A stretch of DNA of 64,000 nucleotides from Octopus sinensis (taxonomy: Eukaryota). Positions 26,151-39,761 of the stretch are shown here, piece after piece. The notes under the pieces were generated by a model. It had not been told where the DNA came from and did no database searches. It was given only the letters and a program-made list of their open reading frames with translations. Position 1 is the stretch's first letter. The number at the start of each line of letters is the position of its first letter. The stretch covers positions 92,814,001 through 92,878,000 of the forward strand of contig NC_043005.1 in the NCBI RefSeq assembly GCF_006345805.1. Direction: 5' to 3'. Position numbers and translations under genes: made by a program.

Positions 26151-26179
26151 GAGAAGACTAATGGATAGTATTTTGTGGT

Positions 26180-26815
26180 GAATGTGTGGCTCCAGATTCA
26201 TTCCGTCTGTGTAGTGCCTTAGGCAAGATTTTTTACTCTTGCTTGGGGTCAATGAATGGGTTTGGTAGACAGAAACTGAATGTATGTATATATCAGTGTC
26301 ATGCAAATTGGAATTCATGCTGGTGGCATGTAAACGCACCATGGTGTCATGCAAATGGCATCTGTGCTGGTGGAACATAAAAGCAGCCATTGCACTCTCG
26401 GAGTGGTTGGCATTAGGAAGGGCATCCAGCCATAGAAAACCATGCCAAATCAGACTGGAGTATGGTACAGCCTTCCAACATGCCAGCCCAGTCAAACCGT
26501 TCAACCCATGCCAGCATGGACAACGGATGTTAAATGAGGATGATAAATGTGTGTGTAAGTGCATGTTTATTTGTGCGTCCTTGTTTTGACATAGTGCAAT
26601 AGTCGTAAATGAGTGTCACTGTCATACAAGCAGGGTCATTCATTATCAATATTCTGCAAAAGCATGTCTGACCATGGGCAAATATTATTATCTTGCTTGG
26701 AAAGAGGTGAAGATTGGGGATAGGAAAGGCATCCAGTTGTAGAAAATCTCTCACAATAAACTCTGTCTGACTCAATCAAGCATGAAAAAGTGGAAGTTGT
26801 AATGAGGATAATTAA
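26180..26815 (+). mobile_element. Composite: SINE A body, family C tail, then family D module
   Basis: GGGTTTGGTAGACAGAAACTGAA (A), GGTTGGCATTAGGAAGGGCATCCAGC...TTAAATGAGGATGA (C), GTAAATGAGTGTCACTGTCATACAAGCAG...CATGAAAAAGTGG (D). Confidence 0.7.
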
Positions 26816-28096
26816 TCAGGTTGACATTTTGGCAGTTGTCACACACTAATATTTATCTTTCGTAGAGAGTAACTGCAAAACTTCAGTATTTTAATGTTGT
26901 GAAGCACTTTCAACATCTCCAAGTCCAAAAATCCTTGATACAGATACATCACAGATTGGAATAGACTTTACAAAATTTTGGGAAGATATTATTTTCATTG
27001 GATGATCTTGATGACCACTTCATTGATTTCATCCACAGTTGTTGAACTACAATCTGCATTCTGTGGTGTGTTGAGCTTCACATTGAGTCTCAACTTGTTA
27101 AGCTTCATTCTATTATATTCTGAGCTTCACATTATAGTTGAAATTGAGTATTTTCTTGAAGCATTCTTACCATAAGACCATGTTTACTCAGTGTATTAAT
27201 AATCAGGTTCTGCTCTGATGATATTCCAGTTTGGTTTGCTCCCTTCAGTGCCATCCAAAATCCAAAACGGCTTAAAGTAGTGAAGAGATCAGCTCTCTTA
27301 TTGAGATTTTCTGTGATATCATCATCATTATCGTTTAACGTCCATTTTTCATGCTAGCATGGGTTGGACGGTAATATATATATGAAAGAGAGAAAGATAC
27401 AAAGATACAAATAAAGAAATAAAACTGCTGGGGCTAGATATATAAAATATACATACATATATACATGTAAATAGAGAGAAACAAAGACTGACAGTAGTCA
27501 AACAATGAACATTCATGTATAAATATATAAAAATTTATATTTTAACAGAGCAGACTAACACAGAGTACAAAGACACAAAAAAATAAGGGGGAGAAGGTAA
27601 GGTATTACAAGTTCAACAGCTGTTTCTGGGGGGTCGGAATTATGTCGTAATGTTGGCAGATTTAGTTCACAAAAAATTAAGGGCATGCAACCAGTAGTGG
27701 AAGCATATAGACATTAGGTAAGTCTGATCTCTGTTTCGAGAGTGGAGAGATTGGTATCTAACATTTCAAATGCAGGGAAATTTAAAGGTTGAATGGATGA
27801 AGAGGATAACCAATAGAAGTGGAGGGAGGAAGTAGGCAATTTGGTGGTGGTGGAGACGGAATGTTGAAGCAAGGAAGGGCAAGAAGAGATTGGAGAGTCA
27901 GGGCAAGAGGTGAGAGGGAGTGAATGACTAAGGTATTGAGGGAAGTAGAAGTGGAGAGTTGGGAAGTGTGTGGGAAGGGGCTGGATGATTACTGTTGTGA
28001 AGGGTGGTTGCTATTGTTGGGTTTGACTGCAGATTGTTGGGGATGGTGGGGCTTAAGAACATATATATGTATGTATATATGTATATATGTATGTAA

Positions 28097-28328
28097 AAGG
28101 CGGCGAGCTGGTAGAAACGTTAGCACGCCGGGCGAGATTCGTAGCCGTATTTCGTCTGTCGTTACGTTCCGAGTTCAAATTCCGCCGAGGTCGACTTTGC
28201 CTTTCATCCTTTCGGGGTCGATAAATTAAGTACCAGTTACGCACTGGGGTCGATGTAGTCGACTTAATCCCTTTGTCTGTCCTTGTTTGTCCCCTCTGTG
28301 TTTAACCCCTTGTGGGTAGTAAAGAAAT
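28097..28328 (+). mobile_element. SINE family B, full length, young
   Basis: CpG-rich, near-consensus copy. Confidence 0.9.
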
Positions 28329-28390
28329 ATATATATGTATGTATATATATATACACATGTATATGTTAAAATATATATATACTAGTGACA

Positions 28391-28900
<510 letters not shown>

Positions 28901-31154
28901 AGAGATTGAGTCAAGAGATGAGATCCAGAGATGCTCAATATAGAAAACACTTAGTAGTGCTTGATTGATCTGAACTTACACTCTGAAATCTTTATCAAGG
29001 ACTAAGTTTGCAGAGTAAAGAGTGGCTGTAAGGGGAATCAAAGTGAGCAGATATGGAGATAATGATACAAATAAGCAAAGAAAATTGTTTGGATTATAAA
29101 ATAGACATAGATATAACAAAGATGGTGTTGTCTTTTTGATGCATATATCTTGTAATCCCATTGCTCTCTCTGACAAATATTTCTTCAGGAAAAAATTGAA
29201 GAAAATACTCAAAGTTCTTTTGATTCTAAGTTCAAAGGTTTTGTAGAAGCCTCATAAGTAATGAAAGAATTAATGGAAAAAGAATTTTAACTCACCACTT
29301 GAGGTCTGCTACAATGCAGTAAGAAAAAAATCCAAAGTAATTCACTGAATAAAAACCAGATACAAAGGCATATAGTGTAATCAGGAATTTCTTTCTAGAA
29401 ACAAGGTGAAACATTATTTCTTAAATGGAAGAGTTCTTAGCTTCTGTTTTTTCAAACTCTATTCAAATTGAAGTCACATGTTTTTCAAAACTCGGTAACA
29501 ATTGTGGTGACTTGTGGAAAAAAAGACTTTAAGAGTTAATGAACAACACCGTCAAAATAAAACAAAAATTAAATTAAAAACAAACAATGAAAGTAAAGCA
29601 TAGAATTGTATTTAACAGATGCAAATTAATAAACTTCTGCAGCAGGGTATGTTTGATGTTTCTGTGATGTTCTGGTCAAAAAGTATTTACTTTTTGATAT
29701 TCCACTAACAGTCTGTCTCTCTATTAGTCATATAAACATCGTCTAAATTAGAACAAATAAAGTAGAAAGAGATAAGTGTAAAAATGAAAGAAGGAGGTGC
29801 AGCAGCAAATGACCACAAAGTTTGAAGGGATTCAGAACCTGATGCTTTTGTCAATGTTTGGTTTGGAACAGAACAATGGTAGAAAATGCTCATTACACTT
29901 TTTGTTTATTTCTTGATTTATCTCAGTTGTAACGGTAAGTGATGTGAACTGTCCACCACAACTGACTTTAAGCATAGAATAGAAAATAGGGAAAGAAGAA
30001 AAACATTGTGAAGTGTAACAGTAGAAACTAAATTAGATGCGTTTTGGAGAATTGGAGATGGATTGTCAGTTATTGGAAGAGTTCTTCATCTTCAAAAGAC
30101 AAATACTTAAACAATTTACAATAAAGCCAAAGAAATTAAAATTTCTGCTCAAAACCATAACACTTTCAGCTGTTAGAAAACTGATTGGGAGCCGAAGTGG
30201 CAGAATGGAATTCATAGAAAGACATACAGTGGTGCATGTCTAAAACAGAGAGAATGCATCAGGGCATCTGGCTATCTTCATTACATGCCATACAAATAAA
30301 AGTTTTAAGTAAAAAATAACTGAAAGAAAAAACCAGACAACTCAATGACTGAAGAGTAATTCTATTGTGTGGGTATTGGAAAGTTTAAGGCTGTATTATG
30401 ACTAGTAGTTTCATCTTGGGAGGGAAGTCTCTGACTGTGAAATCTTGAGAAATGGAAGTTATTTCTTTGACTCAGAAAAGTGGGAATATGTGTGGTATGT
30501 GTGGAGTAATGTGATTGGAGTGTTTTTATTATTTGTTTTATTTAGTGATTCTCAGAGCTGGCTTTGGGATGTATTCTTGTGATTTGGGGAGGTCTTGGGT
30601 ATGTGTTCCAAAATAAATGGTTTGGTTTTACCTGATGCATATCTGATTATAATTTGTCAGTCAGGGGAATGGTGGATGACAGGGTTGGGGTGTATGTTCA
30701 GTTATGGTTATTCTTTGGTGCAAGAAAATTGCAAAAAATACTTCCTGAAAAGTGAGGACCGAAGATGATGAATTTTTGCAGCTTTAGGTGTCAGTGGGAG
30801 TTAAAAATTAGTATTGCTGCAATTGGAAACAGTAACAACTATTACCAAGATTGATGTACGAAAGGGAGTGGCACAAATTAGCATGGAAGCAACAATCACC
30901 AAGCACCACTTCAGGTGGGAAGGCCACATGACTTACATGCATTCATATATGAATGTATGAATGCATGCATGCATGTATGTCATTAAGTTTATTTCAAGAT
31001 TTCTTGCGAATAGAGAAAGAACCACTTTCTAATCTAGATCCAAGGTTCCTTCATTGGAATTTCAACATCAACAACAACAACAGGGTATTTTTGTTTGTAT
31101 GTCTATATATGTATGTTCAGATTTGTATGTTTTATGTATGTACATAGCTACATA

Positions 31155-32462
31155 TCTAGACATGCTGATTACCTTGTTCTTATAGCAAAATCACTGTCTG
31201 AACTATTGAAGACATTTCAGGCATGGAAGCAAGGTGTAGAATCGAAGGGCCTTAGAATTAATCTAGCAAAAACCAAAGTCTTAGTAAGTAGGAAGGCAGA
31301 CAAATCACAAATCCCTTCAGGTAGGTGGCTCTGCTTGATCTGTAGAAAAAGTGTAGGTAGAAACTCCATAAGATGCACCTGATGTAAGCTTTGGACACAT
31401 AAAAGGTGCAGCAATAATCAGAGGAAGGTTAACAGGAAAATGTGCTTTTGTGTAAAGTAGATGCCCAGGTACAATAAACACTAGGTAGATAAGACGAGGT
31501 AGTAGACAGTTTCTGTTATTTAGGTGACCAAGTTAGTGGCAGAGGTGGATGCTGCAAGAGCATAGCTGAAAGAATAAGAATAAAATGGGCAAAGTTCAGA
31601 GAGCTCCTACTTCTGCTGGCAACAAAGGGCCTCTCCCTCAGAGTGAAAGGCAGATTGTTTGATGCCTGTGTGCAAACAGCCATGCTTATACAGCATTGAA
31701 ACGGGCTGTAACAGCCAAGGACATGCATAGGCTTGAAAGAAATGAAGCGAGTGTGCTTCGCTGGATGTGCAATGTCAGTGTGCATGCACAACAGAGTGTA
31801 AGCATGTTGAGAGGAAAATTGGGCAGAAGAGGCATGAGATGTGGTGTGCAACAGAGACAACTGCACTGGTATGGTCACGTGATACATATGGATGAGGACA
31901 GCTGTGTAAAAGTGCCGATCTCTAACTGTGGAGGGAACTTGTGAAAGAGGTAGATCCAGGAAGACATGGGACAAGGTGGTGAAACATGATCTTCAAACAT
32001 TGAGCAATGACTAATGACTGAGACCTTTAGCGATATGCCATGCTTGAGAAGAAGACAGGTCAAGCCAAGTGAAATCCTAGTCATGGCTGATGCTGGTGTC
32101 ATGTAACTGGCACCCACACCGGTGGTGCATGAAAAGCACCTTCCGAGCATTTGGTCCCATGGAGGCAAGGTGGCATGTGAAAAGTACCTTTCTAGTGTTG
32201 GGCCTCACAGAGGCAATGACAAGTGACCAAGACATTATGCTGTGCTTAAGAAGAAGACCATCAAGCAAAGTGAAATCATAGTCATGGCAAATGGCACCTA
32301 TGCCGGTGGTGCATAAAAGGCACTGATTACATTCTCAGAGTGGTTGGTGTTAGGAAGGGTATCCAGCAGTAGAAACCATGCCAAATCAAAATGGAGTCTG
32401 GTACAGCCTTCCAGCTCACCAACCCATGCCAGCATAGATAACAGACGTTAAATGATGATGAT
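31155..32462 (+). mobile_element. 5'-truncated RTE LINE with an internally duplicated 3' UTR
   Basis: Starts at a decayed YADD (HADYLVLIAKSL), continues through the Cys-rich finger and C-terminus, and ends in (GAT)n. 32190-32290 repeats the ORF-end/UTR junction. Confidence 0.85.
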
Positions 32463-32537
32463 TTTATATATATATATATATATAAACAACTTGTTTTAAA
32501 TCTCTGAGCAAGAGATATACAGTAACAGTACTGCATA

Positions 32538-33041
<504 letters not shown>

Positions 33042-33353
33042 ACAAATAGTGAGGGATTATCAATCCGGGCAAAATACTTCATAAGCTCTCTGTTGGCACA
33101 CCAGGCTAACAATATTGTTTAGATTAGTGAAGAACTCCAAGTAGTCTTTTGGTAAGGTTCCAAGTTATGGTTCATCACCATTCTGTATTGTAAATCCGTG
33201 GATGGGCTCCAGATAAACTGGCTTTTACTCAGAGTGATATATGAGAAACAAGTTAAAAATTAGGGTCCTTACATATAATTCCTTTATTGAAGCAAATTTG
33301 GCTTACACCTGTTTCCAGTTGTCGTTATAGGGACATTACTGATAGGTTTACTC

Positions 33354-33425
33354 AATTGGTCTATTGATCAATTGAGGTAAGTTGAAAGACCTAAGAAAAT
33401 TAATGCTACCTTCATCAGAGCCATT
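33354..33425 (-). ncRNA. Degenerate hammerhead-like motif H5
   Basis: AAUGGCU-CUGAUGA-AGGUA...UACCU-CA-AUUGAUCAAU-A-GACCAAUU. Stem III is palindromic but GAAA is lost and stem I is imperfect. Confidence 0.3.
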
Positions 33426-33431
33426 GCTGGA

Positions 33432-33462
<31 letters not shown>

Positions 33463-33486
33463 TATGAATATACATCGATGTATGTA

Positions 33487-34370
33487 TTGAGTCATCTCAT
33501 AAATGATGAGGGTTTTTCAATTGCATGAACTAAGAGTCAGAGGGGGATGAGATAAATTACCTGCATCAACTTGCTATAAAAGCAGGTAGTAATTTTTCCT
33601 AGTACTTATTCTTAGTGCAAGTTTTGAAGAGTGCAGTTCGATTTTAACAGTTATTTTTTCAAAGCTAGAATGGAAGTGACAAAGGAGCATATTTGGCATA
33701 TTTTGCTTTATGAGTTCAATAAAGGCAACAACATAATGGAAAGCAGTTTATGGAGATCAGACAATAAGCATAAGCCAGTGTCAACAGTGGTTGCAGAAAT
33801 TCCGAACTGGAAACTACAGCCTAGAAGATGAGCCTCATCTTGGAAGATCTGTAGAGCTCGACGAGGACATTCAGCAAACCCTGGTGGAACAAAATCCCAT
33901 TGTAACTGTTGAGGAACTAGCAGAGAAGCTTGGATTTGGTCAGTCAACCATTCATTGACACCTGCATGCCATCGGAAAATGACCATCTTTGGTTTCAAGA
34001 TAAAAGGTGTTCTTCCATCAGGATAATGCTTGGCCACATACAATGAGGATGACAGTCCAAAGGCTGGGGCAGTTTGAATGGATAACGATGCCTCACCCAT
34101 CATATTTGCTGGACATTGCCCCATCTGATTATCATTTATTCCACAGTCTTCAAAATCATTTGGATGGAAAGAATATGAATTCTGTAGATGAGATCAGAAC
34201 AGTCCTGGAGAAATGAATTTTGGAAGAGGGCCCTTGCAAGTCTACCAAATAGATGGAAGAGCATCGTAGAAAATGAAGGAGAGTATATTTTAGATTAAAA
34301 AAGAACTTTGTTATCTTAATTTTGAAAAGTAGTATTTAAAAAAAAACGCATTATTTATGAAATGACTCAA
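33487..34370 (+). mobile_element. Internally deleted mariner DNA transposon
   Basis: TIRs TTGAGTCATCTCATAAATGATG and CATTATTTATGAAATGACTCAA, TA at 33485-86 and 34371-72. HTH region MEVTKEHIWHILLYEFNKG...EDEPHLGRS, and HQDNAWPH...DIAPSDYHLF. Confidence 0.92.
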
Positions 34371-34404
34371 TACATAGTTACAGCACACGTGTTTTGTTTG
34401 TGAA

Positions 34405-34454
<50 letters not shown>

Positions 34455-34712
34455 TATATATTTGGAGTGCGTATGTTCTTAATAGTACAAATTAATTATT
34501 TTACCATATGCTAATAAGGCACCAACCGGCAGCAGGTATTCCATTGCTTAGTAAATTCTATAATTTCAAGTATATAAAAAAATAGCTTTCTGTTCAGTTC
34601 TTCGAAATTTTTTAAAATTGAAAATTTTTCTTTAATTTGGCTTTGTCTGGAAGAGGAGACTGTAATCATGGCGTTTGCAAGTCCTCCATGTTAAGTGAAG
34701 TAAATGTGGTTA

Positions 34713-35000
34713 ATACAGTTCTATATTTAAGAGATGAGGAATTATTTACATTATTTACATTTGACGGATATTTGTCCTCATCTTGTTTGTTGTTAACACA
34801 ACATTTCGGCTGATATACTCTCCAGCCTCTATCAGGTGTCTTGGGGAAATTTCGAGCCTGGGTTCTCATTCCTAAGGTATTTTTCGATGTTATTATTATT
34901 ATTCGTATCACTGCCTGGAATCAAACTCGGAATCTTGGGGTTCGTAGCCCATGCTCTTAACCACTTCGCCATATGCCCGTGGGCAAATAATGTAAACAAT
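34713..35000 (-). mobile_element. tRNA-headed short element carrying a hammerhead, with 13-bp TSD
   Basis: TSD GTAAATGTGGTTA at 34700-34712 and 35001-35013. A box TGGCGAAGTGG (34961-34971), B box GAGTTTGATTCC (34917-34928), an (AAT)n linker, then the hammerhead. Confidence 0.8.
34795..34840 (-). ncRNA. Minimal type-I hammerhead motif H6
   Basis: GACAC-CUGAUAGA-GGCUG-GAGAGUAUAU-CAGCC-GAAA-UGU-U-GUGUU. Stems I and II have 5 bp each; the core reads CUGAUAGA instead of CUGAUGA(A). Confidence 0.7.
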
Positions 35001-35262
35001 GTAAATGTGGTTATTGTTCCTCTTGAAAAGTTGCAAGTTGATGGCTGCAAGAAAAACGGAAGAAAGAAGGTGGTGGTGATGGACATGGTGGGATTCCAGA
35101 GGGTTCACATTCTGGACAGAAGGAGTAAAGTGGTTGGGTTGGAGAGAGCATAATATGAGTGGAGAAAGAAGAAATGTGTGAGCTAGAATTGCTTGTATGA
35201 GGGTGGCATGAGACCAATCGACTCCAAACCACTACAGAGGAATGGTAGAAAAAAATATGCCA

Positions 35263-35450
35263 GGGCGGCAAGCTGGCAGAAACATTAGCAGTCTGTCTTT
35301 ACATTCTGAGTTCAAATTCTGCTAAGGTTAACTTTGCTTTTCATCCTTTTGGGGTTGGTAAATTAAGTACCAGTTGCATACTGGGGTCGATCTAATCAAC
35401 TAGCCCCCTCCCCCAAAATTTCGGGCCTTGTGTCTGGAGTAGAAAAGGAA
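35263..35450 (+). mobile_element. SINE family B variant (B2 tail)
   Basis: GGCGGCAAGCTGGCAGAAACATTAGCA plus the B core and tail CCCCCAAAATTTCGGGCCTTGTG. Confidence 0.8.
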
Positions 35451-35459
35451 AAAAAATAT

Positions 35460-36370
35460 GCCTGTGATCAAAGGTTGGTGTGTAGTATGTGAGTCAAGTG
35501 TATGGACTTTTGGGGTGGTGGACTGTGGTATGTATGGAGCCCTGTCCTTGGAGATGTGTGACCATTGTGGTGTGTCACTTGGTCATTGTCAAAAGTTGTT
35601 GATGACTGAAACATTTTCTGGCTCAAAAGAGGAAGATCAGTCTTTGTGATGAAGTTGTCTCTGCTGTATTGTGACTGTCAAGAGAGCTCTCTACTGATGG
35701 TGAGGCATACTATTTATAACAACTTTGAAGAAGGTTCCACTTATGAGTTGTTCATATTTAAATGAAATGTGATTTTGTTTTCTTGATGTTTGTAGTCTGA
35801 TTGTGCTTTTGTGCTGTTGAAGAAGACAAGATTGGCATGGTCCCATTTGAGAGTGTATTTGAGGTCTCTGTTCATGGAATCAATGCAGCTTTGGTGTGAA
35901 GTGTCAAGGTTGTTTTTGTGGAAGATTTGGGAGGAATAAAGGGTGGTACTCTCTGCATAGGGGTGGGGTTTGTTTGAGGTGAAGGTCATTTATTTCTTGA
36001 AGGAAAAGTGTAGGTGGTCAAAGCCAGGCTTTGAAGTACAGCAGAGTTGAAACTATCAAAGAAAGCTCTACTCACTCATACTACACTATTGTAATCCAAC
36101 AGGAAGCCTCCACTTTTATAAATGAGAGATGAATGGTCTAGCTTGGAGTTTTACATGCCAGACATTGTTGAATGCTTTGTTGATGTCAAGTGTAACACAC
36201 CATTTTCTCCAAATTTCTCAAGGGTGCGGTTAACTAGTGAATGATTAGGAGAATAGGTTTCCAGTAAATCTGGAAGCTGTCTTCATGGCCATTAAGGAGG
36301 AAGCGGTATTCAGAGTGTTGGAAAAAGTGTTGTTGCTAATGGTTATCTCCATCATCTTTGAGAAGTTGGA
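35460..36370 (-). mobile_element. Decayed CR1/L2-type LINE RT fragment
   Basis: LDINKAFNNVWH (compare LDISKAFDRVWH), YAESTTLYSS (compare YADDTTL), SMNRDL...W...NLVFFNSTK. Confidence 0.7.
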
Positions 36371-37670
36371 AGTTATAATATATGGAAACTAGGGTAGGAA
36401 ATACCGTTTCTAATGACACTGCTGTGCATTTAGTACAAATATATATTTTTGTGTCTTGATCTGTATTTCAATGAGAGTCAACCTTTCCTCTCTAATCTAA
36501 TTAGAAATATTAAAACACTAATAAGCAATTAGTTCTTTATTACTGTCTTTCTCTTTATTATTTTGATATTTTGCTTTATCTCAATATTTCCACACTAGAA
36601 CGAGTATCTTGATTAGATGATGTAAAATGTAAATTTATAGAATTGCAATGATTAAGTCAATTGCAACTGTAAACCATTTCATCGTATGTCTTTCATGGCA
36701 GGACACTCTCTCTACAGGTAACCACTCCGAAATGGCAAAAAGAAAATTATATTTATTTCTAATTCCTTACATCAAGATATTTTATACATGTTTCAGCTTT
36801 GTAATGTTTAAGCTCATAATAATCTAGATGCCATTATGCTTTTTAGTTTTTTTGTTTCCTTGCTGCTGTATTGGTTACTTTCAGATATTTTCACAAATTA
36901 TGGAATAGCTCTACTTCTGGATGTTATGCCAGCACCAATAGACTGGGTATGAACATCTATTTTTCAGCCAGGTTTCATAAAATTTGTAGGGAGATACCTT
37001 GCTTGGGAACTCAAAATTGTAAATATGCCATGAAATGAAATTATATTATTTGAGTGTAAAATATAATGCCTAATCAAATATATTTCAGTTACTTTGCAGA
37101 TTTTGAACTTGTAAAATAAGCTTGTAGCTGCTACCACAGAACAAATTAATGCTCTTTTCTTTGGCCTCTAACTCAACTCCAATCTCAAGGGAACAAGTTT
37201 ACAAGTTCATTTTAGTCAGTGAGATAAGAAAGAAATATATTCACGTGATGGAGTTTCTTTGCTCTTCTTGCTCGTCATTTGTCAGATCGTATCCTAAATC
37301 TCAATACTTGTACAGTATTGTGACAAAACCATTAAATAATATATTTCTTTACAAAATGGAAATTAATTCCTTAAAGATTGCTAAAGGGATATTACAATGA
37401 ATGAGCCAGTGAAAGTGTTTCTTCTCTGCAGTCATTTGACTTGCTTAAGATGGTAGCCAAATCTTGAAACCATATTGAACATGGAACTGACAAATGAACG
37501 ACTAATGAACAATATGATTGGAAAAAGATGGGGTGGTCATTGGACATGTTTCAAATGTTGATTAATGTTCTAGTCATGATCGTCAGATGTTGCTCAACGT
37601 TATGTAAACCTTTGGCTACCAATCCACCTGAAACCACCCTTGATTCTACAATACAAATTTTAGGTTTTAA

Positions 37671-37892
37671 CCTTTTTGATACTGACCAGCCTGAGGCCAC
37701 TTTTGGTCTTGTGATAAAAGCTTCTTCTTTTAAACTGATCTAATTTAAAACATTCTATCAAAATTTGATGTTAATTAATGCTTGAAACATCAGCTTAATA
37801 ATGACAAAGTTATTAAACTAAGTTTTTCATTATTTTTAAAATTAATTGAAATGAAGGCAGTGTATCTCAACAGAAATACGGTAATGAAAGGT
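37671..37892 (+). mobile_element. piggyBac-like MITE (TTAA-flanked)
   Basis: TTAA at 37667-70 and 37893-96, ends CCTTTTTGATAC and GTAATGAAAGG. A second copy lies at 47841-48060. Confidence 0.6.
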
Positions 37893-38507
37893 TTAATTTG
37901 TGTCTGTATATCTATTGAAACATCAAAGCCATTATAATATCATAGAATTATAGAAAATAATGGAGATGACTATATTAATTTGTCAGAATGATACAGCTTT
38001 TAATTTAGATGAGTTAGGATTAGAGGAAATGTTTAAATTCTATTGATTTCAGTTGTATTTTGGTGTCTTTAAATAAGGTATAAGTATCTCTATAAACACT
38101 TTAAAAAGGTTCTTAAAACAATTAGAGCTTATAAGTATTTACAGGAGATTGGAATCTAGTTAGAGGCCAAAGAGTCTATTCTTGTATTCTTGATGGAATT
38201 CATAAAAGAAAAGATTGCCAGGTTTATATTTAACTTGATCAACACTGAGAAATTTGTGGAAATATGTTGTCTATTCCAGTTACCAACTGAGAATAAAATA
38301 CAGTAGATCATACTGCTTTGGTGCTAAACCATATCATTTTTTTTTTATATTTCTTTCATTATATTTTTCCTTCCTCATCTTTTTCCTATCTTATTTCCTC
38401 TCTCTTTGTCTCAATACCGTCACCCAATCCTCGTACATAAACACTATGCACACAAATGCTTTTCTCTTCTCTTTTTTATTCTCTCTCTCACTTTCACTCT
38501 CTCTTTT

Positions 38508-38542
<35 letters not shown>

Positions 38543-39643
38543 TGCATGCATGCACTTATACATGTGTGTATATTAACACACTAATTGTTTATGTGCAAGT
38601 GTAGAGCTCTAAGTTCTTTTTGATATAGTAGGCTTGTCTTCTCATGTGTTTATCATCATGTAGAAGTAACAAATAAATATAGAAAGGAATAAAAGTAACA
38701 AGAAAGCAAAAAGAAAAATGTGATATTTATAGCGTAAAATAAAATAAAACATATTAAGATTACATCAGTATTTGCCATAAATTAACTGGTATATATTGGT
38801 AATAAATAGCGTGTGAACCAACTAAATTACAATATACTTTTACATTTGATTCAAAACATCACTGTGAGAAGCTGAACTCATGGGAATGAGTTATTTGATA
38901 ATTTCCACTACATTTCCTGTCAACTATTGGCTGAAGTTTTCATTCATAAAACAAATCCAACAAAGAAATTTCAAAAACACACATACATACATCAAAGCAG
39001 GCTTACATGTGTTATTTTTAATTGTTCCTAATCAACTGCAAGTTAATTAGTTCCCACAATTATTTTCAACTGTCTTTCTATTTCCTCTAAGACATATCAA
39101 AAAAACAAGAATTACCATATCAAAAGCTACAAGAGTGTAGTTCAACATATCAGATTTTTAAAGGAAGCTCAAATTTGGTGCAGATCTGGAACAAAATGGT
39201 TGTTATTATACAAGCTAAAGTTTTAAGTTTTACGGAATTCAGTCTACAATTATATTTACATTATACTGGGTCACATTGAGTGTAATTTTTTATCTTTGAA
39301 TTTCTTTGGAAAAGTATAATTATATTTTGTATGTCCTGTTGGATGTATGACAACTTCTGTATGGGTTTGGGCTGCATATAGATTTAATTATCCAGTCAGT
39401 TTTAAATATTGTGATTTGTTGACTGCTGTTCTTAGCCGTGTTACTAGTGATGACATACAGAGCATATGGAGTAGAAAATTAAGATAAACAGATGCATAAA
39501 TACTTGGTTCCTGTGTACATTTCACCATTTCGGTTATTTGGAACTCAGTATTGTATATTCCAAGTGCCTTTGGATGGATCCTCACAGGATGGCTCTGTTG
39601 CATTCTGTTAGATCTCTATTTTTTTACTTTATTTAAAAAAATT

Positions 39644-39761
39644 TTATCTAGTTTCAGCTCACGAGCTGTGGCCATGCTGGGGCACCTCCATTTAAGTGTG
39701 TGATGCTTACAGCACCTAGGTTTCCCAAGCAGTCACCCATCTAAGCAATAAAATACTGGCC
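39644..39761 (-). mobile_element. 5S rRNA 3' half fused to a CR1/L2 LINE tail (SINE3-like, 5'-truncated)
   Basis: Reverse complement CTTAGATGGGTGACTGCTTGGGAAACCTAGGTGCTGTAAGC resembles the 5S rRNA 3' half. 39644-39685 is identical (42 bp) to 61421-61462. Confidence 0.75.

Noticed and set aside
27605-27640. Hammerhead on the minus strand (GAAACAGCTGTT)
   Set aside because: Only the 3' half is present; no upstream CUGANGA or stem I partner was found.
39704-39761. Functional 5S rRNA gene
   Set aside because: Only the 3' half is present, it is diverged and it is fused to a LINE tail.
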